Shown here in pieces: positions 38,700 through 48,637 of a stretch of DNA of 64,000 nucleotides. Every line of letters begins with the position of its first letter. The stretch's first letter is position 1. This DNA comes from an uncultured Bacteroides sp. Lineage in GTDB: Bacteria; Bacteroidota; Bacteroidia; Bacteroidales; JACABE01. Position numbers and translations under genes: made by a program. Where the stretch lies: assembly GCA_964636105.1 (NCBI GenBank), contig CAZWRD010000001.1:21917-85916 (forward strand), given 5' to 3'. The notes beneath the pieces are model-generated. The model was not told the origin of the DNA and made no database searches. It was given only the letters and a program-made list of their open reading frames with translations.

Positions 38700-40013
38700 A
38701 TGCAATATCATACTATTCAATATAAACGACAAATAAAAAGCATTATTGTTTCAATAATTTTTATAATATGCTTTGTATCTGCACAATCGCAAAACGATAA
38801 AAAAAAATTACAAGAAAATAAAAAAAAGATTGAACAAGAAATCCGTTTTACAAACCAATTACTTAAAGAAACAAAAAAAGACAAGCAAAATTCTTTGAAT
38901 CAACTAATTGTATTAAAAAATCAAATCAATAAAAGAGAAGAATTAATTACAAATATTAACCAAGAAATTAATGTAATAAATACTGAAATTAATTATACCC
39001 AAAATTCGGTAGAAAAACTAATAAATGACTTATCAAACTTGAAAACTGAATATGCGAGAATGATAATTGCTGCAAATAAAAACAGGGGTTCAAATAATAT
39101 TTTGATGTTTATTTTTGCTTCAGAAAATTTCAATCAAGCCTTCCAAAGAGTAAAATATTACAAACAATATGCTTCATACAGAAAAGCTCAGGCTCAATTA
39201 ATTACAAATAAACAATCTGAATTATCTCAAAAAAGACTAGAATTATTAAGTCAGAAACAAAGCCAAAATCAATTGTTAGAAAATAATGAAATTGAGAAAA
39301 ATCAGTTAACTTATGAGCAAGAAACAAAAAACAAAGCCGTACAACAACTACAAAAAACAGAAAAAGAATTATTAAAAACCTTAAGAAAAAAAGAATCAGA
39401 AGCGAAAAAATTACAAAAAGATATTGAATATATTATTGCAGAAGAAGTAAGAAAAGCGAAAGAAGCTTCAAAATTAAGGGCAGTAAATAAAGTAAAACCA
39501 GAAAAAAACACAAGCAATCCTAGCAAATCAGAAAAAGAAGAAGTAAAGGCAAAAACCACTTCAGAAATTCTAACTGATACGCCTGAAGAAATGGCTTTAT
39601 CAAATAGCTTTGCCACAAATAGAGGAAAACTACCATGGCCTTCAGAAAAAGGTATTATTTCAAGTACTTTTGGCAATCATTCTCATCCCGAATTACCAGG
39701 TATTGTAATTAATAATGATGGTATAGATATAACAACCAATAAAGGAGCAACAGCAAGAGCCATTTTTAACGGTGATGTAACTGCTGTTATATCTGGACCT
39801 AATGGAAATGACGTGGTAATTATCAGACATGGAAATTTTTTATCAGTTTACTCAAATTTGGCTGCTGTGTATGTTAGAAGAGGCGAAAAAGTAAATACTA
39901 AGCAAAGAATTGGTTTAATTTCAACCAATGATGATGATGACAAAACCATACTTCAATTTCAAATATGGAAGGGCAACAGTAAATTAAATCCAGCTGAGTG
40001 GATTAGCAGATAA
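38700..40013 (+). CDS. EnvC-like murein hydrolase activator (coiled coil + degenerate LytM/M23 domain)
   Basis: Signal/TM segment, then a long Q/K/E-rich coiled coil and a C-terminal M23 fold. The metal ligands are replaced: NNDGIDI where HxGxD is expected, and LQFQIW where LHFE is expected. E. coli EnvC is non-catalytic in the same way. Confidence 0.75.
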   Translation: MQYHTIQYKRQIKSIIVSIIFIICFVSAQSQNDKKKLQENKKKIEQEIRFTNQLLKETKKDKQNSLNQLIVLKNQINKREELITNINQEINVINTEINYTQNSVEKLINDLSNLKTEYARMIIAANKNRGSNNILMFIFASENFNQAFQRVKYYKQYASYRKAQAQLITNKQSELSQKRLELLSQKQSQNQLLENNEIEKNQLTYEQETKNKAVQQLQKTEKELLKTLRKKESEAKKLQKDIEYIIAEEVRKAKEASKLRAVNKVKPEKNTSNPSKSEKEEVKAKTTSEILTDTPEEMALSNSFATNRGKLPWPSEKGIISSTFGNHSHPELPGIVINNDGIDITTNKGATARAIFNGDVTAVISGPNGNDVVIIRHGNFLSVYSNLAAVYVRRGEKVNTKQRIGLISTNDDDDKTILQFQIWKGNSKLNPAEWISR

Positions 40014-40193
40014 CTATTAAAATGTCCTGAATTGAGAAATTATTCCCTAATTAACATTTTAATGATTGATAATTTTTCATGAAAACATATCACAATTTAA
40101 TTTTCTATTTAAAACTATAATTCACAAACAATAACATATCAATTATTTACATTTCACCTATTAAAAACAACACACAAATTGACTTTATTTTTA

Positions 40194-40201
40194 TACCTTT
40201 G
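40194..40201 (+). promoter_or_regulatory. Distal -7 box (TAccTTTG) upstream of the giant surface-protein gene
   Basis: Exact TAnnTTTG, 130 nt upstream of the ATG at 40331. Confidence 0.3.
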
Positions 40202-40284
40202 CACATAATTTGTATGCAATAATCATTAAAACAAAATTGTTAATAAATTAACAGAAATAAAACAAACACTGTGAACTTATTAAT

Positions 40285-40292
40285 TACCTTTG
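40285..40292 (+). promoter_or_regulatory. Proximal -7 box (TAccTTTG) upstream of the giant surface-protein gene
   Basis: Exact TAnnTTTG, 39 nt upstream of the ATG at 40331. Confidence 0.45.
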
Positions 40293-40330
40293 TGTTAAAT
40301 TAGGTTGAATTACATTTAAAATAATAATTT

Positions 40331-43300
40331 ATGAAAACAAATGTTTACTTTTCAGAAAAAAGTAATTTGTTCATCATCAACACACTAAAGTATTTTTTTG
40401 TTACTTTAGTTTTGATATTTACAATGGGAAATAGTGCAAAAGCACAAAATTGTTCAGTTAATGCAAATATTGACTTTACTTTATGTGCAAATGAGCCTCT
40501 CCTATTAGTAGGACAAAAAGCAGGATTATTTTACGGAAGTGGGACAACAACATGGTCACAAATTAGTGGACCAACCTTAAATATATTGTCGCCCAATGCA
40601 TTAACCACAGCAGTTACGGGACATGTAGGAAACACAGTCTATAAATTTAGGATTACAACCAAATGTTTGGATGGAACTCTAACATATGATGATGTTACTT
40701 ATACTGTAAAACCTATAACTCAGTCAAATGCAGGACCTGACCAAACCATTTGCCCAGGAAGCCCTGCTGGGTTAATGTCAGCAAATTCTGTTGGAGTAAA
40801 TGAAACTGGCTCTTGGCTGGTAACAGGTACAAACAATGGCGTTACAGTAAGTAATTCATTAGCTCCAACTTCTGCATACAACTTAGATGCAACCAAATCG
40901 GGTGTAACCAAAATGGTTTGGACTATAAATAACACAAATAGCTGTTTATCAAGAGATACCATGATTATTACAAACCGAGGAGGTGTAAGTCCTGTAAATG
41001 CAGGAACAGATAAAATCATGACTAATTGCTATTCAAGCACACAAACCACTAGTATGACGGCTAGTTTTGGAGGGAGTGGAATTGATGGACAAATTGGGAC
41101 ATGGACACTTTTAACTGGTCCTAGTATTCCAACTATCGTAAGCCCAAATAGTAACACTACCAATGTAACTGGATTAATAGAAGGAACATACAAATTGCTA
41201 TGGTCAGTTAGTGGTCCTTGCGCAAATGGAGCAGATACTGTTCAAATAATTGTACCACCAGCTACATCAAATGTTACAAGTGTTTCAATTAATTCTATCC
41301 CTGCGTTTTGCGATGGAAGAACATCAGCTTTATTAACAGCCACAACTCCATTATATACAAATGAAACCGGATTGTGGACAAAAACATCCGGTCCAGCAGG
41401 TGTAGTTATTGAAAATCCCACAAACCCCTTAACAAATATAACAGGCTTAAACGGAAGCAATAGTTATGGTTTTAAATATACAATTACGAATTCATTAACG
41501 GGATGTTCATCAAGCAATACGACAACACTCAGTTATTCTCCTCCTGCAAGTATTGATATTTCAGTAGATCAAACGATATTACCTTGTGGACAAACTTTTG
41601 CTTTTATTCCATATACAACCAGCGGTGGAGGTACAGTACAATGGAGTATTATAAGTGGACCAAAAACACCAACATACAACACAATTCCAACTAATTATGC
41701 TAATGCAAGTGGATCTCCATTAACGATAAACGGATTAACAGTTTCGGGAACTTATGTAATTAGACTAAAAAAATCTTCAGGTACCGGACCAAGTTGTAAT
41801 ACCGTTTTTGATGATGTAACCGTTATTGTATCAGCAAACCCAACTGGATCGAATTCAGGAACAAAACAAATTCTTGCTTGTAATATTACACAAACAGCCC
41901 TTGCAGGGAATCTACCATATGTAGGTATAGGTTCATGGACACAGGTAAGTGGACCAAATACTGCAACAATAGATTCTGTTAATAAATTTGATTCACCAAT
42001 AAAAAACATGGTAAGCGGAATCTACAAATTTCGTTGGCTAATTACCGCAGGACCTTATTGCTCAACACAACAATCTGATGTAACCATTGTTGTAGTTTCA
42101 GCTAATCCATCGCAAGCAAATGCAGGACCTGATGTAACATCTTGTGCAAATACACCTTTATACCTAAATGGTAATAATCCTTTACTAAACGAAGTAGGTT
42201 CATGGTCTGTTATTCCTTCTTCCGGAATAAGTTTTTCAGATGTAAATTCACCAAATGCAATTGTAAATGGTTTAGCTGCAAATACTACATATCAATTTAT
42301 TTGGAAAATACAAAATGCTTGTAGTTTCAACACAGATACTATGATAGTAACAACAAACAATATTACTGGACCAATTCAATCAAATGCAGGACCAGACCAA
42401 TGTAAAAATGCAGGAACAACCAATACAACTTTAGCCGGAAATAATCCAGGAACTAGTACCGGAACTTGGACACAAATAAGTGGAAATTCTGCAACAATTA
42501 CAAACCCAAATCTTAATAATACAACTGTTACAGGATTATCTAATGGAACATATACTTTTGAATGGTCATTATTATCAGTTGGAGCATGTAATCCAACAAG
42601 AGATACAGTTATAATTACAATTTCTTCACCTGCAACAACAGCCAATGCGGGAAGTGACCAGCAAATTTGCGGAAATTCTGCTAACTTACTGGGTAATATT
42701 CCCTCTATCGGAACTGGAACATGGTCGCAACTATCTGGTAATGGTGGAGCCACAATTAATGATTCAAGTTTAAACAATGCTAATGTTTCAGGATTAACAA
42801 ATGGAGTTTATAACTTTTTATGGACAGTATCAAATAATGCTTGCCCAGCAAATTCAGATACTGTAAAAATATACGTTACAAATCCACCAACAGTTCCAGA
42901 TGCAGGTTTGGACTTCTCCGTTTGCGGTTATGATACTACTTCTTTAGATGCTAATATAATCACAACAGGAACAGGAACTTGGCTTTTTGTAAGTGGACCA
43001 AACACACCCACTTTTTTAAATGCAAATAACCCAAAAACAAAAGTAACAGGATTGATAACAGGTACTTATGTTTTTAAATGGTCAAGTTATAGTGGTCCAT
43101 TCTGCCCAAGTAATTCAGATAATGTTTCAATATCTGTTGTATTACCAGCCAATGCAGGCATAGACCAAAATTATTGCGAGGCTACTACTACAGTCAATTT
43201 AAGTGGTACAAATCCCTCCACAGGAACATGGTCGCAAATTAGCGGACCTAATACATCTCTAATTACAACTACATCAACAAATACTGCAACTGCATCAAAC

Positions 43301-46300
43301 TTAATAACAGGATCTTATAGTTTCTTATATTCTATAAATGCACCTGGATGTACAAGTAAAGATACTATGTTAGTTAATTTATACGCTCCTCCAACTGTAG
43401 CAAATGCAGGTTCAGATTTATCTTATTGCAACGAAGATACCATCCTATTATCTGGGAATATACCCATTTTTGGCACAGCAACATGGACAAAACTTTCAGG
43501 ACCTTCTGGCGGAAATTTTAAACCAAATGCCAATTCACCAAATGCAATATTTACAGCATCTACAGCTGGAACTTATGTTTTTGTCTACAAAATAAGTAAT
43601 TATACTTGTAGCAATTCTGATCAAGTAATAGTAAGAAATTATGCTGTACCAACAAATGCAAATGCAGGTTTTGATCAGAATGCAATTTGTACAAATTCAA
43701 CGTTAATGTCTGCAAATTTACCTTCAAATGGTCTTGGTAACTGGACTTTAATTAATGGCCCAAATACACCCAATATTGTTTCTCCAATCCTTCCAAACAC
43801 AAATATTAACAATTTAATTCCTGGAGAATATAATTTTGAATGGAATATTAGCAGTGGTATTTGTCCAATTAAAAAAGATACAGTTAAATTGATTGTAAAT
43901 CAACCACCAACCAATGCAAATGCAGGGGTTGATCAGCTTTTGTGTAATACATCTTCTTTAAATCTACAGGGAAATACACCAAGCATCGGAACAGGAAACT
44001 GGACACAGTTTAGTGGACCTAATACTGCTGTTTTTACAGATGAAACAAGTCCTAGTACTTTAGTTAGCAATTTAATAAATGGTACATATATTTTCAATTG
44101 GACAACATCATTTTCGCCATGTTCGTCAACAGACCAAGTAATTATTACAAATTACCAAAATCCAACAACTGCAAATGCAGGTTCAGATATAAATAACTGC
44201 CTGTTTACGCCACTTGCTTTAAATGCAAACAATCCAAGTCTTGGTATTGGACAATGGAGCCAGCTTTCAGGTCCCGTAACTACAAATATACTTTCACCTA
44301 ATTCCCCAAATTCTTATATATTGGGAACCGTGCCAGGAAATTATTCGTTTATTTGGACAATTAACAACGGAATCTGTAATTCAAGCAAGGATACTGTTGA
44401 TGTTGTTGTTTCTGATATTCCAACAATGGCTATTGCTGGTTCAGATCAAACAATATGTAATGTTACAACTTTTAATTTAACAGGAAACACTCCTTCACAA
44501 GGTATTGGAACATGGACTCAAACAAGTGGTCCAATAATTAATATTAGCAACAATAACAGCCCTACATCAAGCGTAACAAATGTTTTGCCTGGCACATATA
44601 ATTTCATTTGGCAAACAAGTAATAACTTCTGTACTTCTACTGACAATGTGAACTTTACTGTTTACGGACAACCCGTTTCCAATGCTGGTAGTAATCAGGA
44701 ATATTGTAATACAAATTCGTTCCTAATGTCAGCTAACACACCTATTTACGGTACCGGAAATTGGACAAAAATAAGTGGTCCTAATACGCCAACCATTACT
44801 ACTCCATCATCACCAAATACAGTTATCACAGGCGCAACCACAGGAACTTATGTATTTAGATGGACTGTTTCAAATGGAAATTGCACACCGGTTACATCTG
44901 ATGTTACCATAACCAATTATGTTTTACCTACTATTGCTAATGCTGGAAACAACCAAAACATTTGTGCTACATCAGCCACAATGTCTGCTAATACAGTAAG
45001 CGTTGGAACAGGTTTATGGTCGCAAGAAAGTGGTCCAAATACTGCTACAATAACTAACCCAAATTCGAAAAATACAACAATAACAGGGTTAGTTCAAGGG
45101 TCTTATGTCTTTAAATGGACAATTAGCAATGGAAATTGTAGTTCATCATCTTCATTAGTTACAATTAATGTATCAGCAAATCCTACTATTGCAGATGCTG
45201 GAACTGCTCAAAATTTATGTAATGCGACTTCTGTTTCTTTAAGCGGAAACAATCCTGCAATTGGAAACGGTTCATGGACAATGGTAAGTGGTCCTAATAC
45301 ACCTTTATTTACAAATGCAAGTTTATTCAATACAGATGTAACCAACTTAACTAATGGCACTTACATCTTTAAATGGACTATCAGCAATGGTGTTTGTACT
45401 GCTTCTGAAAATCAGGTTACAATAACTAATAATCAATTACCAACCATTGCAAATGCAGGTGCAACTCAAAACCTTTGTAATGTTACTACTACAAATCTTG
45501 ACGGAAATATTCCAACTGTTGGAACTGGTGCTTGGTCGTTAATTAGCGGTCCTAATACGCCAACAATTACCAATTCTGCTTTAAACAATACTTCTGTAAC
45601 AAATATGATTACTGGAACTTATGTTTTCAGATGGACTATTTCTAATACAAATTGCACTCCTTCTTCAACTGATGTTACTATCAATAATGTTGAATTACCG
45701 ACAATTGCAGATGCTGGAAGTAACCAATCTTTCTGCAAAAGTCAAACATCAACTTCATTATCAGCAAATAATGCTATTATTGGAATTGGAACTTGGAGTC
45801 AGGTTTCTGGACCAACAACAGCTACATTCGGGAGTTTAAGTAATCCGATGACAAGTGTTTCTAATTTAGTTTACGGTAATTACATATTCAAATGGACTAT
45901 TAGCAATGGCAGCTGTACGCCTAGTACTTCTGAAGTAACATTACAACTTATCAATTGCATACCTATTGCTATTAATGATACGAATTCAACACCTGAAAAT
46001 ACTGCTGTAAGTGGAAATATATTACTAAATGATAGCGACCCAGATAATGACCCATTAGTGGTTACAAATTTTATAGTTGGTGGCATTAGCTATCCAGTAG
46101 GAACTTTAGTAAACATTCCAGGTATTGGAACGATTATCATTAATTCTGATGGTAGTTATACATTTACTCCTGCAACTCACTGGAGTGGTGTTGTTCCAAA
46201 TATTCCTTATACAATCTCTGATGGATTTGGCGGAACTGCAACTGCTGATTTGATAATTACTGTAACTCCAGTACCTCATTACATCGATTTGAGTGTAACA

Positions 46301-48388
46301 AAAAAACTTACTGATCCAAATCCGTTGATTAACGATAGTATATTTAAAAACGATACTGTAACTTTCACTATTGTTCTTAAAAACAATAGTCCTATTTTCA
46401 ATGCAACAAATATAGTTGTTTTAGATACTTTACCTTCTCAACTATCCTATGTTTCGGCTATAGCTTCTTATGGGAATTATGATCATGTAAGTGGACTTTG
46501 GACTTTGGCAACTTTAAATTCACTTGATTCTGCTTTACTTTATGTTAAAGCTAAAGTTGACACTTCTGCTGAAAATTATGCTTATATCATCAGTCATAAT
46601 AATCCAGATTCTAATTTGTATAACAACAAAGATTTTGCTAATGTTACTGTTACCAAATCATCTGGTGGAAATGATGGTGGTTTAGAAAGTAATGGTAATT
46701 TGGCTTCTAAAGTTGGTTTGCGTAACTTCTTACGCCACAAAGAAAGAAATGACATGTACGATCATCCTGAAAAACTGGAATTATTCTCGCCTGCATCAGT
46801 GGTAGCAGTTAAAGCTAAAGGTACACAATCTACTGAAATGATTAACTTTATACCAATGATTGGACCAACAAATACGCCTGCTTTGGTTACTACACCTTCT
46901 GATTTAATTGGAATTAGCAATGCCATTGAAGTTGTTGCGGTTGACTATTTCGATAATGTAAAACGTAAAGCTGCTATATTGGCTATTGCTTCTAATGTTG
47001 GCACAGTTTACGAACATACCAAAATGGTTTGCGATAGATTAGATGGTGGAAATCTGAAAAGTATAAACCATGTTTATATTAAAGAAATTCCTTTTATTAT
47101 GGCTAACATTGTACAGGATAACGGAAACGAAGACCTTACAGTTAGCTTTATTGCATACAAAAGCGGTAATACTTATTATATTGATAATGCTTGGGATTTG
47201 GAACAATACAATCCTACTGGTAATCATGCTGTTCTTAACTTCCAGGTATGGACAATTAACAAAGAACAAACGATTGAATTGGTTGGCAGATTATTGGATA
47301 GAATTAGTTTTATGGGCTATAATGTTGTTTACAAAAAAAGCATTACTTCTTTACCTGAGTTTCCAAAAGTTTATGTACAAAGCGGAAATTATAAAGAAGG
47401 TAATTTGGATATGAACTTGGTTAATTCCGATGGTGCTTCTGCAATTACGCTTGATGGAAACAAAGCAATTGTTGAAGATGGATTAAGATTCCCATTCAAT
47501 TACTCAAGTCCTATTCCTAACGCTTACAATAGTAATGTATCAGTTCCTACAGGAAACATTTTTGATATTGGTTTCAGTTTAAGTAATAATTCCTCTCAGG
47601 CTAAAGACGTATTGTATTTTGCTGATGGGCCTTGGGGTAGAGAGTTTGACGAAACTGGTGCGGTAATCTCTGATTTTAGTATTTCTACTCAGTTTAACCC
47701 TCCTTTATCTGGTGCTTTTAATTTGGGACGTAATGCAAACTTGGAAGGCTCAGTTAAAACTTATGCTTCTTTATATAGAGTGTTGAGAGTTGGTAACAAG
47801 TCTGTTAATCTAACTAATTACAATAAACTTGAGTTTACAGCTTTGGGTTCGGGTAGTTTTGATGTAATTATTAGCAAAGCAGGCATTTCAGCATGGAACG
47901 ATCAGTATAAAACTACTGTAAATCTGGATTATAATATTGCGAATAATTTCAAAATCCCGATTTCGCAGTTTGCCAATGCGCAAGGTCAGCACAACCTGGA
48001 TTTGAATGATGCTGTTTCGGTAGTTTTTGTGAAAAAAGGTAATAATTCTACTTATCAGAATTTTGCGATCAATGTTAGCGATATGAGATTCATAAATAAT
48101 TTCAGCGGTATTGATCCTAAAGCAGCTACTTTAAACCAGATTGATGTGTATCCTAATCCATTCAGCAGTAATTCTACAATTACGTTCAGTTTGAATAAAA
48201 CTGAAAATGTAAAAGTTGGCTTATATGATTTACAAGGCAAACTTATCAGATTAATTGCCGACAAACAATTTGGCATGGGTATCAACAACATTAATATTAA
48301 TGCAGATAATCTTGCTTCGGGTATTTATATGATTAAGGTTGAAACCAATAGTTTTAATTCTTACGAAAAAATTATCATAAGCAAATAA
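40331..48388 (+). CDS. Giant (2685 aa) T9SS-secreted repeat adhesin-like protein with type A C-terminal sorting domain
   Basis: Signal peptide ending SAKAQ, then about 21 tandem repeats of about 85 aa. A cadherin/Big-like module follows (NDTNSTPENTAVSGNILLNDSDPDNDPL), then a DUF11-like module (DLSVTKK...LDTLPSQLSYV). Next come about 480 aa with no motif I recognise. The protein ends in a Por_Secre_tail-type CTD (VYPNPFSSNSTITF...LASGIYMIKV). Confidence 0.9.
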   Translation: MKTNVYFSEKSNLFIINTLKYFFVTLVLIFTMGNSAKAQNCSVNANIDFTLCANEPLLLVGQKAGLFYGSGTTTWSQISGPTLNILSPNALTTAVTGHVGNTVYKFRITTKCLDGTLTYDDVTYTVKPITQSNAGPDQTICPGSPAGLMSANSVGVNETGSWLVTGTNNGVTVSNSLAPTSAYNLDATKSGVTKMVWTINNTNSCLSRDTMIITNRGGVSPVNAGTDKIMTNCYSSTQTTSMTASFGGSGIDGQIGTWTLLTGPSIPTIVSPNSNTTNVTGLIEGTYKLLWSVSGPCANGADTVQIIVPPATSNVTSVSINSIPAFCDGRTSALLTATTPLYTNETGLWTKTSGPAGVVIENPTNPLTNITGLNGSNSYGFKYTITNSLTGCSSSNTTTLSYSPPASIDISVDQTILPCGQTFAFIPYTTSGGGTVQWSIISGPKTPTYNTIPTNYANASGSPLTINGLTVSGTYVIRLKKSSGTGPSCNTVFDDVTVIVSANPTGSNSGTKQILACNITQTALAGNLPYVGIGSWTQVSGPNTATIDSVNKFDSPIKNMVSGIYKFRWLITAGPYCSTQQSDVTIVVVSANPSQANAGPDVTSCANTPLYLNGNNPLLNEVGSWSVIPSSGISFSDVNSPNAIVNGLAANTTYQFIWKIQNACSFNTDTMIVTTNNITGPIQSNAGPDQCKNAGTTNTTLAGNNPGTSTGTWTQISGNSATITNPNLNNTTVTGLSNGTYTFEWSLLSVGACNPTRDTVIITISSPATTANAGSDQQICGNSANLLGNIPSIGTGTWSQLSGNGGATINDSSLNNANVSGLTNGVYNFLWTVSNNACPANSDTVKIYVTNPPTVPDAGLDFSVCGYDTTSLDANIITTGTGTWLFVSGPNTPTFLNANNPKTKVTGLITGTYVFKWSSYSGPFCPSNSDNVSISVVLPANAGIDQNYCEATTTVNLSGTNPSTGTWSQISGPNTSLITTTSTNTATASNLITGSYSFLYSINAPGCTSKDTMLVNLYAPPTVANAGSDLSYCNEDTILLSGNIPIFGTATWTKLSGPSGGNFKPNANSPNAIFTASTAGTYVFVYKISNYTCSNSDQVIVRNYAVPTNANAGFDQNAICTNSTLMSANLPSNGLGNWTLINGPNTPNIVSPILPNTNINNLIPGEYNFEWNISSGICPIKKDTVKLIVNQPPTNANAGVDQLLCNTSSLNLQGNTPSIGTGNWTQFSGPNTAVFTDETSPSTLVSNLINGTYIFNWTTSFSPCSSTDQVIITNYQNPTTANAGSDINNCLFTPLALNANNPSLGIGQWSQLSGPVTTNILSPNSPNSYILGTVPGNYSFIWTINNGICNSSKDTVDVVVSDIPTMAIAGSDQTICNVTTFNLTGNTPSQGIGTWTQTSGPIINISNNNSPTSSVTNVLPGTYNFIWQTSNNFCTSTDNVNFTVYGQPVSNAGSNQEYCNTNSFLMSANTPIYGTGNWTKISGPNTPTITTPSSPNTVITGATTGTYVFRWTVSNGNCTPVTSDVTITNYVLPTIANAGNNQNICATSATMSANTVSVGTGLWSQESGPNTATITNPNSKNTTITGLVQGSYVFKWTISNGNCSSSSSLVTINVSANPTIADAGTAQNLCNATSVSLSGNNPAIGNGSWTMVSGPNTPLFTNASLFNTDVTNLTNGTYIFKWTISNGVCTASENQVTITNNQLPTIANAGATQNLCNVTTTNLDGNIPTVGTGAWSLISGPNTPTITNSALNNTSVTNMITGTYVFRWTISNTNCTPSSTDVTINNVELPTIADAGSNQSFCKSQTSTSLSANNAIIGIGTWSQVSGPTTATFGSLSNPMTSVSNLVYGNYIFKWTISNGSCTPSTSEVTLQLINCIPIAINDTNSTPENTAVSGNILLNDSDPDNDPLVVTNFIVGGISYPVGTLVNIPGIGTIIINSDGSYTFTPATHWSGVVPNIPYTISDGFGGTATADLIITVTPVPHYIDLSVTKKLTDPNPLINDSIFKNDTVTFTIVLKNNSPIFNATNIVVLDTLPSQLSYVSAIASYGNYDHVSGLWTLATLNSLDSALLYVKAKVDTSAENYAYIISHNNPDSNLYNNKDFANVTVTKSSGGNDGGLESNGNLASKVGLRNFLRHKERNDMYDHPEKLELFSPASVVAVKAKGTQSTEMINFIPMIGPTNTPALVTTPSDLIGISNAIEVVAVDYFDNVKRKAAILAIASNVGTVYEHTKMVCDRLDGGNLKSINHVYIKEIPFIMANIVQDNGNEDLTVSFIAYKSGNTYYIDNAWDLEQYNPTGNHAVLNFQVWTINKEQTIELVGRLLDRISFMGYNVVYKKSITSLPEFPKVYVQSGNYKEGNLDMNLVNSDGASAITLDGNKAIVEDGLRFPFNYSSPIPNAYNSNVSVPTGNIFDIGFSLSNNSSQAKDVLYFADGPWGREFDETGAVISDFSISTQFNPPLSGAFNLGRNANLEGSVKTYASLYRVLRVGNKSVNLTNYNKLEFTALGSGSFDVIISKAGISAWNDQYKTTVNLDYNIANNFKIPISQFANAQGQHNLDLNDAVSVVFVKKGNNSTYQNFAINVSDMRFINNFSGIDPKAATLNQIDVYPNPFSSNSTITFSLNKTENVKVGLYDLQGKLIRLIADKQFGMGINNININADNLASGIYMIKVETNSFNSYEKIIISK
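40445..45955 (+). repeat. Intragenic tandem array of about 21 divergent ~85-aa repeats
   Basis: Repeat consensus read from the translation: (A/S)NAG.DQ..C....L.GN.P..G.G.W(S/T)Q.SGPN...I......T.V..L..G.Y.F.WTISNG.C..S.D.V.I. I counted 21 W-x-x-x-(S/T)G(P/N) cores. The 3' units are the most alike. Confidence 0.85.
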
Positions 48389-48406
48389 TCTGACTTAGTT
48401 ATACTT

Positions 48407-48444
48407 AAAAAGCCTGAAAAACTGTTGTTTTTCAGGCTTTTTTA
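48407..48444 (+). terminator. Rho-independent terminator after the giant gene
   Basis: 12-bp stem AGCCTGAAAAAC (48411-48422) pairs with GTTTTTCAGGCT (48427-48438) around loop TGTT. A T6 run follows. Confidence 0.85.
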
Positions 48445-48582
48445 TTCACAACCTTTTACTTACCTCAAAATTAATAATGTTACCGAAATGAAATATGTAA
48501 TACCACACGAAACAGCATTGTTATTAAAAATTCATCATATTTGTGTTAAATTCTGCCAGTGTAATGCTTTAAAACTATAAAC

Positions 48583-48617
48583 AAAAAAGAGGTTGCCTTT
48601 TACAACAACCTCTTTTT
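48583..48617. terminator. Hairpin terminator usable on both strands (downstream of minus-strand gene 48638..49168)
   Basis: AGAGGTTG (48588-48595) pairs with CAACCTCT (48606-48613). A-rich and T-rich runs lie on both sides. Confidence 0.65.
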
Positions 48618-48637
48618 ATTTTAAACCGAATTAATTA

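Noticed and set aside
40057-40231. 11-bp inverted repeat (TTTTAATGATT at 40057-40067, AATCATTAAAA at 40221-40231) bracketing the distal -7 box upstream of the giant adhesin. This could be an invertible phase-variation promoter.
   Set aside because: The repeat is short, purely AT-rich and does not extend. My rough estimate is that about one such match is expected by chance in a 300-bp region of this composition. No site-specific recombinase gene is in the window, and a second -7 box lies outside the segment.
40720-42777. Long antisense ORFs inside the giant gene (40720..41019, 41242..41460, 41752..42009, 42376..42777, and later 45880..46086, 47039..47269, 48055..48291).
   Set aside because: They lie entirely within, and opposite to, a strongly supported 2685-aa coding frame. 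Their translations are low-complexity mirror images of the repeats (P/V/F-rich) with no start context. This is the expected by-product of biased codon usage in a repeat gene.
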